64,000 nt of DNA from Lama guanicoe (Eukaryota), in NCBI GenBank assembly GCA_013239625.1, contig MU053917.1, forward strand, positions 20,170-84,169, read 5' to 3'. The notes under the pieces are model-generated. The model had not been told where the DNA came from and made no database searches. It saw nothing but the letters and a program-made list of their open reading frames with translations. The first letter of the stretch is position 1; each line of letters begins with the position of its first letter. Shown one piece after another: positions 51,677 to 64,000 of the stretch. Position numbers and translations under genes: made by a program.

Positions 51677-51864
51677 GTGACGACCCTTGTCAACACAAGC
51701 AACAAAGGCCCATCTGGTAAGAAGGGGAGGTCAGAGCCACGTGCTGGCCGCGTCTGTGGAGCAGGCCACTCAGAACTTCCTGGAAAAGGGCAAGCAGATC
51801 GCCAAGGTGAGTCAGGATCTCAAGGAGGAGCTGGTCGCTGCCGTGGAAGACGTGCGCAAGCAAG
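51677..51864 (+). pseudogene. CTNNA2: Alpha-N-catenin second coding exon copy, frameshifted
   Basis: ttttatgtttaag| acceptor, AAG|gtaggc donor. VTTLVNTSNKGPSGKKGRS then a frame change to HVLAASVEQATQNFLEKGKQIAKVSQDLKEELVAAVEDVRKQ. Length 188 nt against the 196 nt implied by the recalled sequence (SGKKKGRSKKAHVL): a 3-nt and a 5-nt loss. Confidence 0.93.
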
Positions 51865-52404
51865 GTAGGCCGATGGTGCTGCTCCATGGGCGGGAGGCTG
51901 GGGTGGAAGCAGGGGACTTTTCTCTAGGAAAACAAGGCTGCTCAAAGCAGTGGCCTTCTTCCTTTTTCGTCTCTGTCTGCGCCTGTCGCTTTCCATCTGG
52001 GCTGGAGCTGGGTGCAGCAGACAGGGGGAGATGCCGCTGTATCAAGTGCAGCCACGAACACTCCTCATCTGCTGCTGCTGCTTCAGATCCTTGAAGCTGT
52101 TTTCTGAGTAGATGAAACCAGACACCTGTGTGAAACTCAGGCTTTCGGGAGTTTCGTGTGAGAAGACTTTTTGTTAGAGTCCCTGGAAATCCAAGATTTT
52201 AAGGATGCAGGGAGGAGATAAATGTGAAGTAGTGAAATAGCATTATTGCTGCTTTGTGTGATTCCCGTGATTTGTATTTTCAGTTCGTAGCTTTCCTCAA
52301 AAATCCATCCAGCCAGCTAGCTATTGGCGGAGCAGTCAATTATACAGCTAGAGAGTTAGCTCTGAGACTGTTTCATTCAGCGTGCTTTAAAATTTCAAAT
52401 GGTG

Positions 52405-53405
52405 AAATGCACGTAACATAAAATGCATCATCTCGCCCATGTTTTAAGCGTACAGCTCAGCAAAGTAAAGTGTGCTCACCTGGTTGGGCAGCCAAGCTCC
52501 AGAACGACTGCATCTTGCAAAACTGAAATTCTGTGCCTGTTAAACGGCCCTGGTTTCGCCCTCCCCCAACCCCTGGAGACCACTGTTTGACTTTCTTTTT
52601 CTATGAGTTTCACGACTCCAGTGCCTCATGTACGTGGAATCATGCAGCATTTGTCTTCTTGTGACTGGCTTACCTCGCTTAGCGTGATGTCCTCCCAGCT
52701 TCTCGTGCTGTGGCACGTGTCAGAGCGCCCTTCCTTCGGGGGCTGAGTAATATTCTGCTGTGTATTTATACCACATTTTCTTTATCCTTTCATCTGCTGG
52801 TGCATGTTTGTGCTCCTTTCGCCTTTTGGCTATTGTGAATGATTCTGGTATGAACACGGGTGTACAAAGGTCTCTTCAGGACCCTGCGTTCAATTCTTTT
52901 GGATTTGTATCCAGAAGCGGTACTGCTGGATCACATGGTGGCCCTATTTTTAATTTTCAGAGGGATCGCCATACTGTTTTCCATGGCAGTTGCCCCATTT
53001 GGCACGTCCACTAACAGTGTCCACGGGTTCCAGTCTTTCGACGTCCTTGTGGGTACCTGGTACTTCCTAGGGTTCTTTTTATCGCAGTCATCATGATGGG
53101 TGTGAGGTTATGTCTCGTTGTGGTTTTGATTTTCATGCTCCAGTGATCAGTTACCCTGAGCCTCGTTTCACGTGCTTGTCGGCCACATCTGTATCTTCTT
53201 AGGAGAAACGCGTTTTCAAGCCCTTTGCCCATTCTTTCACCAGGTTGTTTGTATTGTGGCTGCTGTTGTTGAGCTGTAAGAGTTCTCGGCATTAAAGCCC
53301 TTATCAGATACTGTTTTGCAAATATTTTCTCCCATTCTGTAGGCTCCTTTTGCAGTCTGTTGATTGTGTCCTCCGATACACTGAAGCTTTTCATTTTGAT
53401 GTGTT
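52405..53405 (-). mobile_element. Old L1M fragment
   Basis: ORF 53011..53580 contains TINRLQKEPTEWEKIFA; L1 3' UTR motifs follow. Confidence 0.88.
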
Positions 53406-55268
53406 GTTGTTCAGCAGCTTGAGTTGAAAATTCTGACATTGTGAAATTAGAACAAACACCTCCGCCTAGCCTGGTTTCCCGCCGCCGTTTTCTGAGTGAA
53501 TGCCCTGCGGACGTGTTCAATTGCGTAAAGCTTGGTATCGTTCTTCCTGCTTCCCTCTCCTTCCAGATGCCGTCTGTCACAAAGACACGTAGGTTTTAAC
53601 TCCTGAATATCTCTTACATGGAGCAGTTTCTGGTTCAGTTATTCCAAAGCACCGTGTTTTACCTTCCCCAGGGCCTTTACACATGCTGTCCCCTCTCACG
53701 CAGTTAAGGATGACTCATTCTGCACATCCCAGCTCAGGAACACCTTCCCGGGGGAAGCTTCCCTGACACTCCTGTCACACTTTCTCATGGATCTTTTCCT
53801 TGCGGGAATATTAGTCATTATTAAGGTGACTTGATTGATAGCTTTTTTCCTCTGCCGCACTAGAAGTTAATGAAGGTGGAGACCACACCGTGGCTCTTTG
53901 TGATCATGGATTTGTAATGCTTAGTACTCATAAGGTGTAAATCAATATTTGTCTACTGAATGAAGGAGTAGATGGATGAATGCTTTGTCCCCTTTCTCCT
54001 TGCAAACCTGCCACTTCCTAAACTCACAGATGGATATTTAGTCCTGGGAGAGACCAGCCACCCATACCAGCAGCCACCCTTCCTCCTGCTGCCTTCTTCT
54101 CATTCTCTTCTTCCCTCCAAAAGTTATTTTGTTTTTAACATTACACTGATGTAAATTGTTGCCTTCATTTGAAATGTTAAACCTTACATATTTTACCTCA
54201 TGTGGATGGAGGGTATTTGTGAGTGTGTTTCAGCAACAAGAATGTTCTCAAGTTTCCGAGTTTGAACACTGGTGTTCTTGCTTTCCTGCAGACGGACACT
54301 TGTGTTCATACATGTGTAGCCAGGATACTTTTTCTCCCCCCTTATTTTTACGTCGACTGATAGATAATAAATTTCATATGTTTAAAGTGTACAGTTTAGT
54401 AAGTTTTGCCAGGTGTGTCCACCGTGAACCCGTCACCGCCGTCCAGATGGTGCACTTCTCCCCCGTGTGGAGAGTTTCGATTAACTGGCCCCCAGGCCAT
54501 TTTCTCGGAGGTTTGTCTGTTATGGTCTTACAGTTTTCCATTTAGTTTCCTCAGCAACCTCTTAGCTCTCCTTTATTTTTCCCTTAGAAGGCAGTTTCCA
54601 CACCTGCTGTAGAAACTAATATGGTAGATTTCTCCAGTCTTACAGGAAGTGATGCTTTGTGGGCGTAATGTAGTAAACAACGTAGTTCTTGGCCAGACTG
54701 TCCTGGGATTTCAGGGTGAGAGATTTTAAAGATGCTAATTTAAGCTTCTCGTGGTGGTTCTTCTAGAGGATGTTTTAAATTTCCATTTCACTACGCATTT
54801 CTTGTTACAGAATAATCATGCATAAGGAAGAATGCTTACATTTAAAGCCGACCGCCACGTGCCCCTTTTTCTGAACAGGGTTGAATTGCAGGAAACCCTG
54901 CTATACGAGCAAAATACAAACTTTACCGGCAAAAGCCTTTGAAATTCTCGTTTTTGCGTCTCTCATCTTCAGGCGCCCCCGCTGTCCGGTGCACTGCGGG
55001 TGTCTGGCCCGCGTGGGGGCGCCTCTCCTCCCGGGCAGCAGGTCCTCAGCTCCTCCTCACGTTCTGTGCCCACAGGCTCTCTTAGCTGCTCGGGTCCCCG
55101 ACTCAGTTCTGTAGTATGTGAGCTCCTTGGTCCGTCTGGCTTTACCCACATTTTCTGTTTGCCCATTACCCAGATTTTATTCACAAATGCGAGCCTGAGT
55201 TGATTCTCAGAGAGAGTTGGGAAGAAAAAGAGTTTGAGGAGAACAGGTGAGGATTAGGGCAGAAGTAC

Positions 55269-55745
55269 TGTTGCTGAAAAAGCAGCCTCTCCAACAGGCA
55301 GATTGAGACCCGGAGGCGGAGTTCTGGGAGACGTAGGAAAGAACAGCTCCATGGCTTTGCCCGGCAGAGGGGTCACAGCGGGCTCGTGCCTCAGAGACTG
55401 GGAGCCCATCTTGGGGCTGGGGTCTTGAGGTTTGACAGAAGAGCTAGGTGGGACAGAAAGGCAACAACAAACAGGGCACTTTTCCAGGGTGCTCTATTCT
55501 TCTTAGTCTTGACGAATCCACCTGGAGTCACGGGGAGACTCCGGAGGGTCTGGTGATTCCACTGAGGCTGTCAGCCCGTGGCCTCCCTCCTGGAGCACAG
55601 CTCCTGGGTCAGGGGATAAGTGATTCTGGGTAAAGAATGTCTGGCGAGTGGAGAGTGTAAGGGCAAGGCTGGGGGCTGCTAAGCACAGAAATAGTGGAGC
55701 AAGTGAAGCCAAGGTGGGGGTTTGTTAGAGAAAAGAGAAAAACAA
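55269..55745 (-). mobile_element. Probable ERV solo LTR
   Basis: Begins tgttgc; gagttctgggaga...gaaagaacagct...gctttgcccggcagaggggtcacagcgggctcgtgcctc resembles reverse-strand cetartiodactyl ERV1 LTRs; right boundary uncertain. Confidence 0.5.
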
Positions 55746-58700
55746 GTTGCCGGAATTTTAGGTCAGAATGAATCAGCAAAGAGCTTTAGCATCAGGGAAG
55801 CCATCTTGTTAGTTAGTTTCCCAGTCTTTTCAGTATTTAGTCATTGGAATTTTAAAACATAGCATCTTTCCTTCCAACATAGCAGTCTACTTTCTAATAC
55901 ATAAGACGACATTCAGAAGCTATGAAAACACAGACATTTGGGAAAAAATGTCCTCCTTTGAAGTGGCTCAAGCTGTCATCCATGCTTGCTTATTAAATGA
56001 CATATAGTTTAGGAATTATGCCTGTTAAAGATAATCTTTCACTATTGAGTTGTTTCGCCTTGTTTAAAAATCGAATGGTGAAAAGGCTCGCCACGCTTGA
56101 AGAACATTTTCAGCATGAGTAAATGCCTGAAATTTGAGAACTATACATCTCCATTTTCATATTTTTAATACAGAACCATTTACTGTTGTTCCTTTGAAGT
56201 TTCACAGCATTCATGATTATAATTACTGTGATCTGCCAAGATTATATATGAAATTGTCTATTTAACTATGTCATTATTGTGTCTCATGGTTAAACTTAAC
56301 GTTGTGTGAATTTATCATTTGAAGAGTACATCTTTTAATCCTAGACTGCCAGGGTGTTTTAAGTGCTCAGTATGTGTGGTGACAGTATTTGCACCCTACA
56401 CTGTTTCAGCGGGAGAGTTCCCTGTGCTTGTAAGTTATAAACTGAAAAAAAAATAGGTTTGTGACAGCATTTATATTAAAAGCAAGTAACGAAAATAAAT
56501 TACCAAAATGTATATAAAGAAGAGAAATCATACTCAAGCTTACAACACTGGGGAAGGCTAGCAGAGAAACATTGCAGACTTAAGCAGTCTGATTTTACAA
56601 GGCAAAGCCATAATGACGTTGGTGACTGGGGGACGGATCCAGAAGCTCTGAGTGGATGAGAGGTCTTCTGTTCAGGCATAATTAGAATAGGCAAGGTGAC
56701 GGAAGGGGACCAGGTTGGGGAAAGTTCAGGAGCTGGGTTTCGTGTAGACAACATAATGAAGGACAGACAGGAAAAAAAATGCTTTGGTGTCTACCCATTT
56801 AAGTGATGTTTTAGAGAGATTCTTTTGGCAACTTCATGCAGCGCTGGCTAAGTCAGAGAAAGACTAGAGTCAGATTGCTTGGGTATTACTGTAATATGGC
56901 AGAGAAAACAAAACAGGAAAGAAATGCTTTGAGAGTCTGGGATTAGAGTCATGGTCGTGGGAATAAAAGTAAAAAAGTAGATGTTAAGACATTGCCAAAA
57001 AAGAATAAAAGAGTCACCACTTGTTGAAGGGAAGAGGCAAAACTCTATGCTTATTCTGTGTTTTTGGCCCTAGGCAACTTAATTCAGGCATCTTAAGGGC
57101 TGACGGTGGGGGCGAGGATCCCTTGGATTTTAGACATTGATGGAGAAGGGGACCCTGCCTGTCAGATGGTTAATGCTACGGAAATGGAACTTTGGGGCAA
57201 CAAAAATGTGCACGTTTTTGGAGCTGATAAAGCTTTCAGAACTAGAACTTTCTTTGATTACTTGCCAATTGGTAAAGAAGAGAAGAGGTTTTGTTCTGAA
57301 AGAAAGGCTGAATTAGGATTAGAAATTGGAATAGAAATGAGTCTGAGAGGGAAGCCTTGCCTTGAAATGGGACCAGAGAGCAAAGCTAATGCAGAATCCT
57401 GAAATCCAAGAGAACAGGATATTCTGCAAGAAAGACAGTGATCAGTCTAGTCTCTCGAATGTTGTTGCAGTCATGTCAAACTCTCCTGAGATCGTGGAGG
57501 ATGAATAATGAGAGAATGTCCTGGATTTTGCCAGAATGGTGTCATTAATTATATTTAAAGTACGTATTCAGGAAGCTGCAAGGATGATCGTTAAATAAAA
57601 AAGACGCCGAAAGAACAGAGTAGATGGTGACATAAAGAACGTAGGCAGGAAAGCCACCCACCCCCTTTTCTGGTCCTCATTGCTGCATATGCTGCACATA
57701 CTATTTTTTGTTCCTGAGGATATTCTGGGACTCAGATGTGGGACCCTGTGTTATTATTTTGTGTTATGTCTGGAGCCTGGGACAGTGCCTGGCCCATGTG
57801 AGCACTTAATGCACAATTCAGAAGACTGTCACAGAAGGGAAGGAGAGAAATAGAGGAGTAATTGGAGAAAACGTTAAGGGCAAGCAAAAAATATAATTAC
57901 TTGTTTGCTTGCGTGCTTATTTTGTTCGGCGCAATTCAGAATTTTCAGAACATACGTCGAGAGAGGGAGCCACTGGTGAGGCCCAGTGTGGATAAGAAGG
58001 GACAAAACGCAGGTTGGTCGCAGGAGGTGACACAGATGGGACATTTCTCTACCTAGAAAGCTGGTAGGGAAGAGGGACACAGCCGGCAGTGGTTTTACAG
58101 AAAACCCAAGCACGGAAGCAGAGTGGACAGAATGATCTCAGTTATTTTGAATAAGAAAGGGGGTAGTTTTAACGGACCACGGAGATCTGATGTGAGACCA
58201 CTGATGTGGATGTTTGCGTGTTTTTGTCTGTTGCTGGCATCTGCGTGGATAGCATATGTTTCAAAGGATTTTATTTATTGAACACTCATTCCTTGGATGC
58301 AGCTAAAATGGCCAATTTATAACAGGCTTAACTGTCCAAGAACTTTTTATGTGATGTGTTTATTTGGAGTGTAACAGCGTCTGCTAGCGACGGGAGGCTC
58401 ACCCAGCGTCTGCGCATCGTCTCAGATTTGAAATAGGTCCGGAAGCCGTCCTTTGAAAGGAAGGCGCTGCCTTTCATGTTTGCTCAGTCAGGGAACCCGT
58501 TCACTGGTGGGACGCAGCCCTGGTTCCTGTGCTGCTCCACAGGCCTTGGGGCCGTTGCCTGGGTTTCCTGTCTTCAGGCAACGGCCCACTCTCTGTCTGG
58601 GGCATGACCCATCGAAACAGGTAAGACCTGGCCTGGCCGAGAAGCTGTGCCAGGCGAGGGTGTGAACAGAAACGTGCATGGCCTTAACCCAGTTTTAAGA

Positions 58701-59934
58701 GGGGGGTCACAGAGCAAAATGACCAGAGGTACAGATGAAAGAAGTGACTTCTTCATGTAGCCATCTCCTGAATGAAAGAGCTGGTCTAAGCTTTCACTGC
58801 TCACTTAGGATTGTCTTTGATTTATACAACATCAGATGTGGAGTGATGCGCTGATGTCAGCTGTCCCATCGCTGTTACTTTCTCACCCAGTCAGTATTTA
58901 CTGAGTCGCTGATGACCACTGGGCCGAGACAGACAAGACTGAGACAGAGCTGTAGAGGGAGGGAGAAAGGTGGCCTCAGTTCTCTGAGGTGACTGGGTGG
59001 CCTGGCGGCTTTCTCCTTCCCCACACACTCTGGGGTTGGGATGCAGCCTTGGTGGAGTGTGTTATCCAGGACAAACCCCAGGGTCTGTCAGCTGCATGAC
59101 GCCCCAGCTGAGAGCTGGTGGCAGGCCGTCCGTGGACGAGAAGCTCCCGATGCTAAGTGGCCCTGCCTCTCCTCCTCCCGCCGCCCTCTGATATGGAAAG
59201 CAGCGTGGTGGGGGAGGATGGACGGGTGTGTCCTCTTTCTTGCCCCACTTTCCAGAGTCAGTCTCTCTAAGGAGGAGGAGCAGTGGGGGTGCTTTTGCAA
59301 GGATTCCAGAGTCCCCCGCGTGTCCTCTTTCTCAGGGTCCTTTGCTGTAGGACCCTGCTCTTTGCATCCTGAATCCTTGTGTCTCCTAGAGCTACTGAGC
59401 TTCCTTGTGTGTGCTGGGCCCCTGGCTCCTTGCCCGTGCACGTGGACACACTGGCAGGTGGCAAATAGACAGGTACACAGAGCAGGTGCCTGAGAGCAGG
59501 GCCAGGGCCCGTGTCAGGGCCCCAAGCCCGGGGTGGGCACTGCCTCCAGTGTGCCCGAGCCCCAGCCTCCCTGGGGGCTCACAGTCCCCTTCTGCTTTCT
59601 CTTCCAGCTGCTGCTGGCAGCCCCAGGCCAGGGTTAGGAGCTCGGACATTAGGAGCCACCACTGCCCCCTCAGTCACCTGGAGCCCTCTCTTCCTCCTGC
59701 CCCCACTCAGAGCCCCTGCCTCCTGGCCCAGCCCAGCCAGGCCCACTCGCTGCCAGACCCTGGCATGTCCAAGCCTGGCCCGTGCCTGCCTGCCTAGCCC
59801 GGGGGACCCCTCAGCTAGGATGAGGGGCCAGGCCGCTGCCCTGGCACCCTCTGGATCCTGCATTCTTAGTTGCTGCTGCTCACATTGCTGCTGCTGGGGA
59901 CCCAGGGCCATACATATCCAACTAAAGACTTGTA

Positions 59935-60915
59935 ACTAATCGATATAAGGAACACTTATAACTCAATAAGGCAAACAATCCAGTAAAAAAACAGAGACTC
60001 TTACTAAATAAGCTACTTGAAAAAAAAATGGCCCAAAATCTTCATTAGGGAAATTAAAATTAAAATCATAATGAGATACCACCATACAGCCACTAGAATG
60101 GCTAACATTCAGAAGCCATCCACACCAAGTGCAAATGAAGATGTAGAGCAACTAGAATTCGCATATGCTGCTGTCAGGAACTTAAAATGGTACAAGCAGT
60201 CTGGAGAACAGTTTGGCAGGTTCTTAAAAAGTCCAACAGATACCTGTCATAAGTCCCAGCAATTCTACTCCCAGAAATTTGGCCTAGAGAAAAGAAGACA
60301 TGTCCAACAAGCACATGTACTTGAATATTTATAGCAGCTTTATTTGTAATAGCCCCACATTGGAAACAGCTCAGACATCCATCAGCCGGTAAATGGATAA
60401 ACAAATCATGATATCTCCATACAATGGAACACTACTAAGCGATTAAAAAATAGATGATTATTAAGATGCATGACAGCCTAATACTATAAATAATCCAATA
60501 CTGACAGTCAAATCAACCAACTTTTATAAAAGCAGTGCAATGGAGCACCATAGAGCAATGAAAACAATGATTGCTACAGGCAGTGATATGGGTACATATA
60601 CAAACATAATAATGAGGGGAAGAAAGCCAGACACAAAATAATGCTCTAGGTTTTTATGTATATAAAGTTTTTTTTTTTTAAGGTAAAACTTACCTATTTT
60701 GGTAGATGTTCAGGGCAGTGATTACTTTGGGGAAAAGGAATTAGTGACTTAGAAGGGGCATGAAGTGTATTTTGAGGTGTTGAATTTGGGTCTGTTTCTT
60801 CATGTGAGTGGTGACTCTGTAAGTATGTTCATTTTGTCAAAATTTATTGATCTTTACGTATGGTTTTTTTCCGTTTACTCTAGTTCTATTTTACTTCACT
60901 AAAATAATTTATTTT
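59935..60915 (+). mobile_element. Old L1M fragment (ORF2 end and 3' UTR)
   Basis: IREIKIKIIMRYH..TRMANIQK ORF2-like peptide and tggataaacaaat...catacaatggaacactac. Confidence 0.88.
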
Positions 60916-61029
60916 AAGAAGTTTAAGAAGAAACTAAAACTGTCTGAATGATCTTGGTTACGACCTCTAATAGAGACCCACTATGACTCAATGAAATCTT
61001 AGAGGACAGCAGTTTTTACACGTGAGCCC

Positions 61030-61810
61030 TGAGCGCGCAGCCCCGCCCACAAGCCACAAGAGGCAATCCGCGCGTGCGCAGCACGGCCCCGCCCCAGCGC
61101 CCTCCTCTGCCACGCCCCTTCCCCCGCCCACCCAATCGTCAGTTCGTCAGTTGGGCAGGCGGCAGTAGGTCGAGCGGGCGGCGGCTCCGCGGGTCTTCCC
61201 CGGGGGCGCCGGCCCTGCTCCCACCCGCCAGCGGCGGCGGCTGCAGCGGCGGCGGCTGCAGCGGCGGCCGCGCGGTCCCCCCGCGCTCCAGCAACCTGCG
61301 ACCTCGGCGAGGGCTCCCACGGCGTGGTGTGGTGAGTGCCCCCGCCCGGCCTCGGCGGACGGAGCTGCGGCGTCGGGCCCGCCCCGGCCCCGACCCAAGC
61401 CGGGCTGCCCCGCCGTCCGCGCGCCTCGGGTCTCGGCGCGGGGGAGGGGGGGGAGCCGGGCCGCTCGGGCTGGGGCGCTGCTCGCGGCGCTTCCCGGGCG
61501 GCCTTCCCTGGGCGCGGGGGGTGGGGTGGAAACCGGAACCCCTCACCTAGGGACCCCCCCCAGAACGGGAACTAAGGCTCCCCACCCCCGGGTGCTGGCC
61601 TCGCGGCCTAACCCTTGACGTCCGACTGTGAAGCCGCGAAGTCGTTCAGATGCTCGCGGCGGCGGCCGTGGTCTGGAAAGGGGTTCGCAGCGGCGTGTGT
61701 GCACAGCCCCGAAATCATTGTCTTGTTTCCCCCCCTCGCCTGCGTTTTCCGCGGACGGCTTTGGTTCAGCGCCTTCCGTGGTGCCAGTGCTAAATTGCCC
61801 ATCACGTCCT
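61030..61810 (+). promoter_or_regulatory. CpG-island promoter of an unidentified plus-strand gene
   Basis: Dense CpG; GC boxes near 61041, 61087 and 61122; NRF1-like cgcgcgtgcgca at 61069-61080; KLF-like ccacgccc; CCAAT near 61132. Confidence 0.85.
61140..61331 (+). other. Probable non-coding first exon (start approximate)
   Basis: Lies just downstream of the promoter motifs, has no ATG, ends at GTG|gtgagt (donor 61332). Confidence 0.65.
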
Positions 61811-62249
61811 TGGGCCCTTAAAAGAAATTAAAGCTTAAATGTGTACTGAAAAAAGTCCTTAGTTTCATGACGCGTCAGTTGAAAAGTTGTTTTGTTTTTT
61901 TAATCTGATAAGAATTTTTCCTAGCCTGAAGATGATTGATATCTGGTAACTTTCTATCACGGCTGTCGACTTCCGTGACTTATGTCTCTGTTAGATGAAA
62001 TGTCAAGTCCTCTTAGTGTAATTGTTTTCCCTTTTTTAAGTAAGATCCACATACAAATAATGGAATTGGAATCCTGGGTCCAGATGATAGCTTTTAATCT
62101 TCAGGTTGATGATATTTAATATAAGTTTAATCTGTATTGTGCTTTATTAGTATTTAGTAAATGTTGGTTAACAGTGCTGGGTTTCTAAAGGATTTCTTGA
62201 TTGACAGATTAATGATATTTAAATAACTGATATATTTACTTATTTAAAT

Positions 62250-62432
62250 TTTTTCTAATTGAGATGTAGTCAGTTACAATGTGTCAATTTCTGGTATACA
62301 TCATAGTCATACGTATATATACATACACATGTATTTGGTTTCATATTTTTTCATTAAAGGTTACTATAAGATATTGAGTATAGTTCCCTGTGTTATAGAG
62401 AAGAAATTTGTTTTTTGTCTATTTTTTATTTT
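62250..62432 (-). mobile_element. LINE-1 extreme 3' end
   Basis: aattgagatgtagtcagttacaatgtgtcaatttctggt ... ggttactataagatattgagtatagttccctgtg. Confidence 0.85.
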
Positions 62433-64000
62433 ATCTTCTTGATTTCTTGATTGAAATATTAATAATATTTGAATCACTGATTTTTTTAAAGCTTAATGTT
62501 TCCAGAAGGACTTAAAGATTTTGAGGAAGAAAATTTTTTTTTCATTTTCTGAATCTGTCATTAGAAATTTTGCCTTTTCTGTGCAAAGTCCTTTCCTAAT
62601 CATTACGTAGAGGACATAAAGAGTGGAGTTTGAATTGAGCCCTTGCGAGTGCGTGTGGTTTTAGTAGGAAGACAATAGGTGCAAGTGACAGTCTAAGCTA
62701 TGGAATCCTATCCTGGAAAAGGACTTGTCTCGAGCTACCCGACCCCACGTCCAGCCTGCTCTGCCCGCCCACCCGCCTGACCCTGAGATACTCTTTCTTC
62801 CTTTTTGCTTCTCTTTTCTCTTTCACTTCTTAGGGCTCCCATACATTGGAAAGCCAACAGGATGGATGTTCTCCAAGTTCTCTGTCCAGTGCGCAGTCTT
62901 AGGGCAGGCTCTGGGCTCTGAACCCCTCCATGGCTGGTGGGAGCTGGGGGTGGGGTGTAGGGGTGAGGTCTGCGTGGACCTCACCATGACCAGCTGACTA
63001 GCGTTAGTTGCAAGCTTGCCTTAGGTGCTGTGGTTTCAGTCATTTTCATCCTCACCTTTGAGGTATTAGTTTTTTACTTACAGATAAGGAAACCAGGTCT
63101 CTGATAACTTGTCTAGGGTTCACAGCCAGTAAATGTGCAGCAGAACTGAGATTTGTCTTGATCTCAAAACGTGTAATTTTTTCCCCCAGAACTACTGTAG
63201 ACTTTCCTGTGCTACAGCGAGTTACCTGGAAACGTGCTTCCTGCAGCCTGGGTTCCTGAATGTGTTGGCACCAAAGTATGAAATGATGTTTGTCATGACC
63301 AGCTTGGGCCTGTTGTGGAGATTCAAGAGGGGGGAACCAGAAACTTGGAAGGGGTGAGGGAGGTAGAGTCAAAGCAGCTTCATTTTTATCAGAAGGGTGT
63401 TCATCATTCTCACTCGTTCTACGTCCTCCACCAGTTGCTTGATTTTCATCCATTTAGTAACGTTATTGAGTGTGTACCTTGACTTACGTGCTAAGCAGTA
63501 GGATTGAAGTGGTTTTTACACTCTGGTGTTTACTCTCTAACGGGAAAGTGATCACATTTACTGAATATGGTGAGGTGCAGAGTGCTCCCTTTTATACCCA
63601 TAAAAAGTGGAGCAAAAGTTTGCGGAGTAGTCCAGGAGGGTTTCTTGGAGGAAGTGCTGTTTAAGCTGGGACCTGGAGAATGACGTGGAGCTAGCTGAGG
63701 GAAAGGTGGGGAAAGGTGCTAAAGCGTTTGAGGCACGGCTTGTAGAAAATAGGCTGTAGAAGTTGGGAGGTTTGTGATTAAGATCCAGGGATGTTTCTCA
63801 TGATGTTGCAGGGACAGGAAGAGCAGTTCCAGTTTCAGGTATGGATGTAACCAGGAACTAAAAACGACCAAGGCAGCTACTCCCCTCCCTCTTTACATTT
63901 ACAAAATCTTGCATCCTGCATCTCTGCACAGCTGTTCTTTTATTTTTTTCCTCTTTTCACTTTTTACCACATCCCCATGCACTTGGCAGAAGAGAGCTGA

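Noticed and set aside
18575..51864. Functional CTNNA2, or CTNNA1/CTNNA3
   Set aside because: The frameshift and multiple substitutions argue against function; the MTSAxSPI start and ASVEQATQNFLEKG fit CTNNA2 best.
58997..59939. Cluster of 60-150 aa ORFs in GC-rich DNA
   Set aside because: No recognisable homology or consistent exon boundaries.
61074..61831. Arg/Gly/Pro-rich ORFs in the CpG island
   Set aside because: Mostly non-ATG starts, low complexity, and the longest cross a clear splice donor; typical CpG-island artefacts.
1..64000. CRISPR arrays, rRNA, true tRNA genes, prokaryotic systems
   Set aside because: None seen; the sequence is mammalian and the tRNA-like motifs belong to SINEs.

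Overview
Mammalian genomic DNA, most likely camelid (three copies of a camelid-type tRNA-derived SINE plus artiodactyl L1 3' ends), with a 904-nt assembly gap at 49762-50665. No complete intact protein-coding gene is visible; the window reads as a mosaic of gene pieces. (1) About 52-14589, minus strand: a chain of splice-site-bounded candidate exons from an unidentified gene, with two PH-domain-like segments followed by frame-preserving micro-exons; several exons carry stops. (2) About 9025-10368, minus strand, between two of those exons: an intron-containing, frameshifted fragment of PRRT1 (part of exon 2, exons 3 and 4) that still forms a CpG island. (3) Plus strand: the first two coding exons of an alpha-N-catenin (CTNNA2) copy at 18575-18681 and 51677-51864, with substitutions, an 8-nt net deletion and a newly created splice donor. 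(4) About 61030-61800: a CpG-island promoter with an ATG-less first exon of another unidentified plus-strand gene. Several repeats and the PRRT1 fragment show strong A/T-to-G/C drift, suggesting GC-biased gene conversion. Gene and repeat names come from recalled reference sequences, not from database searches.
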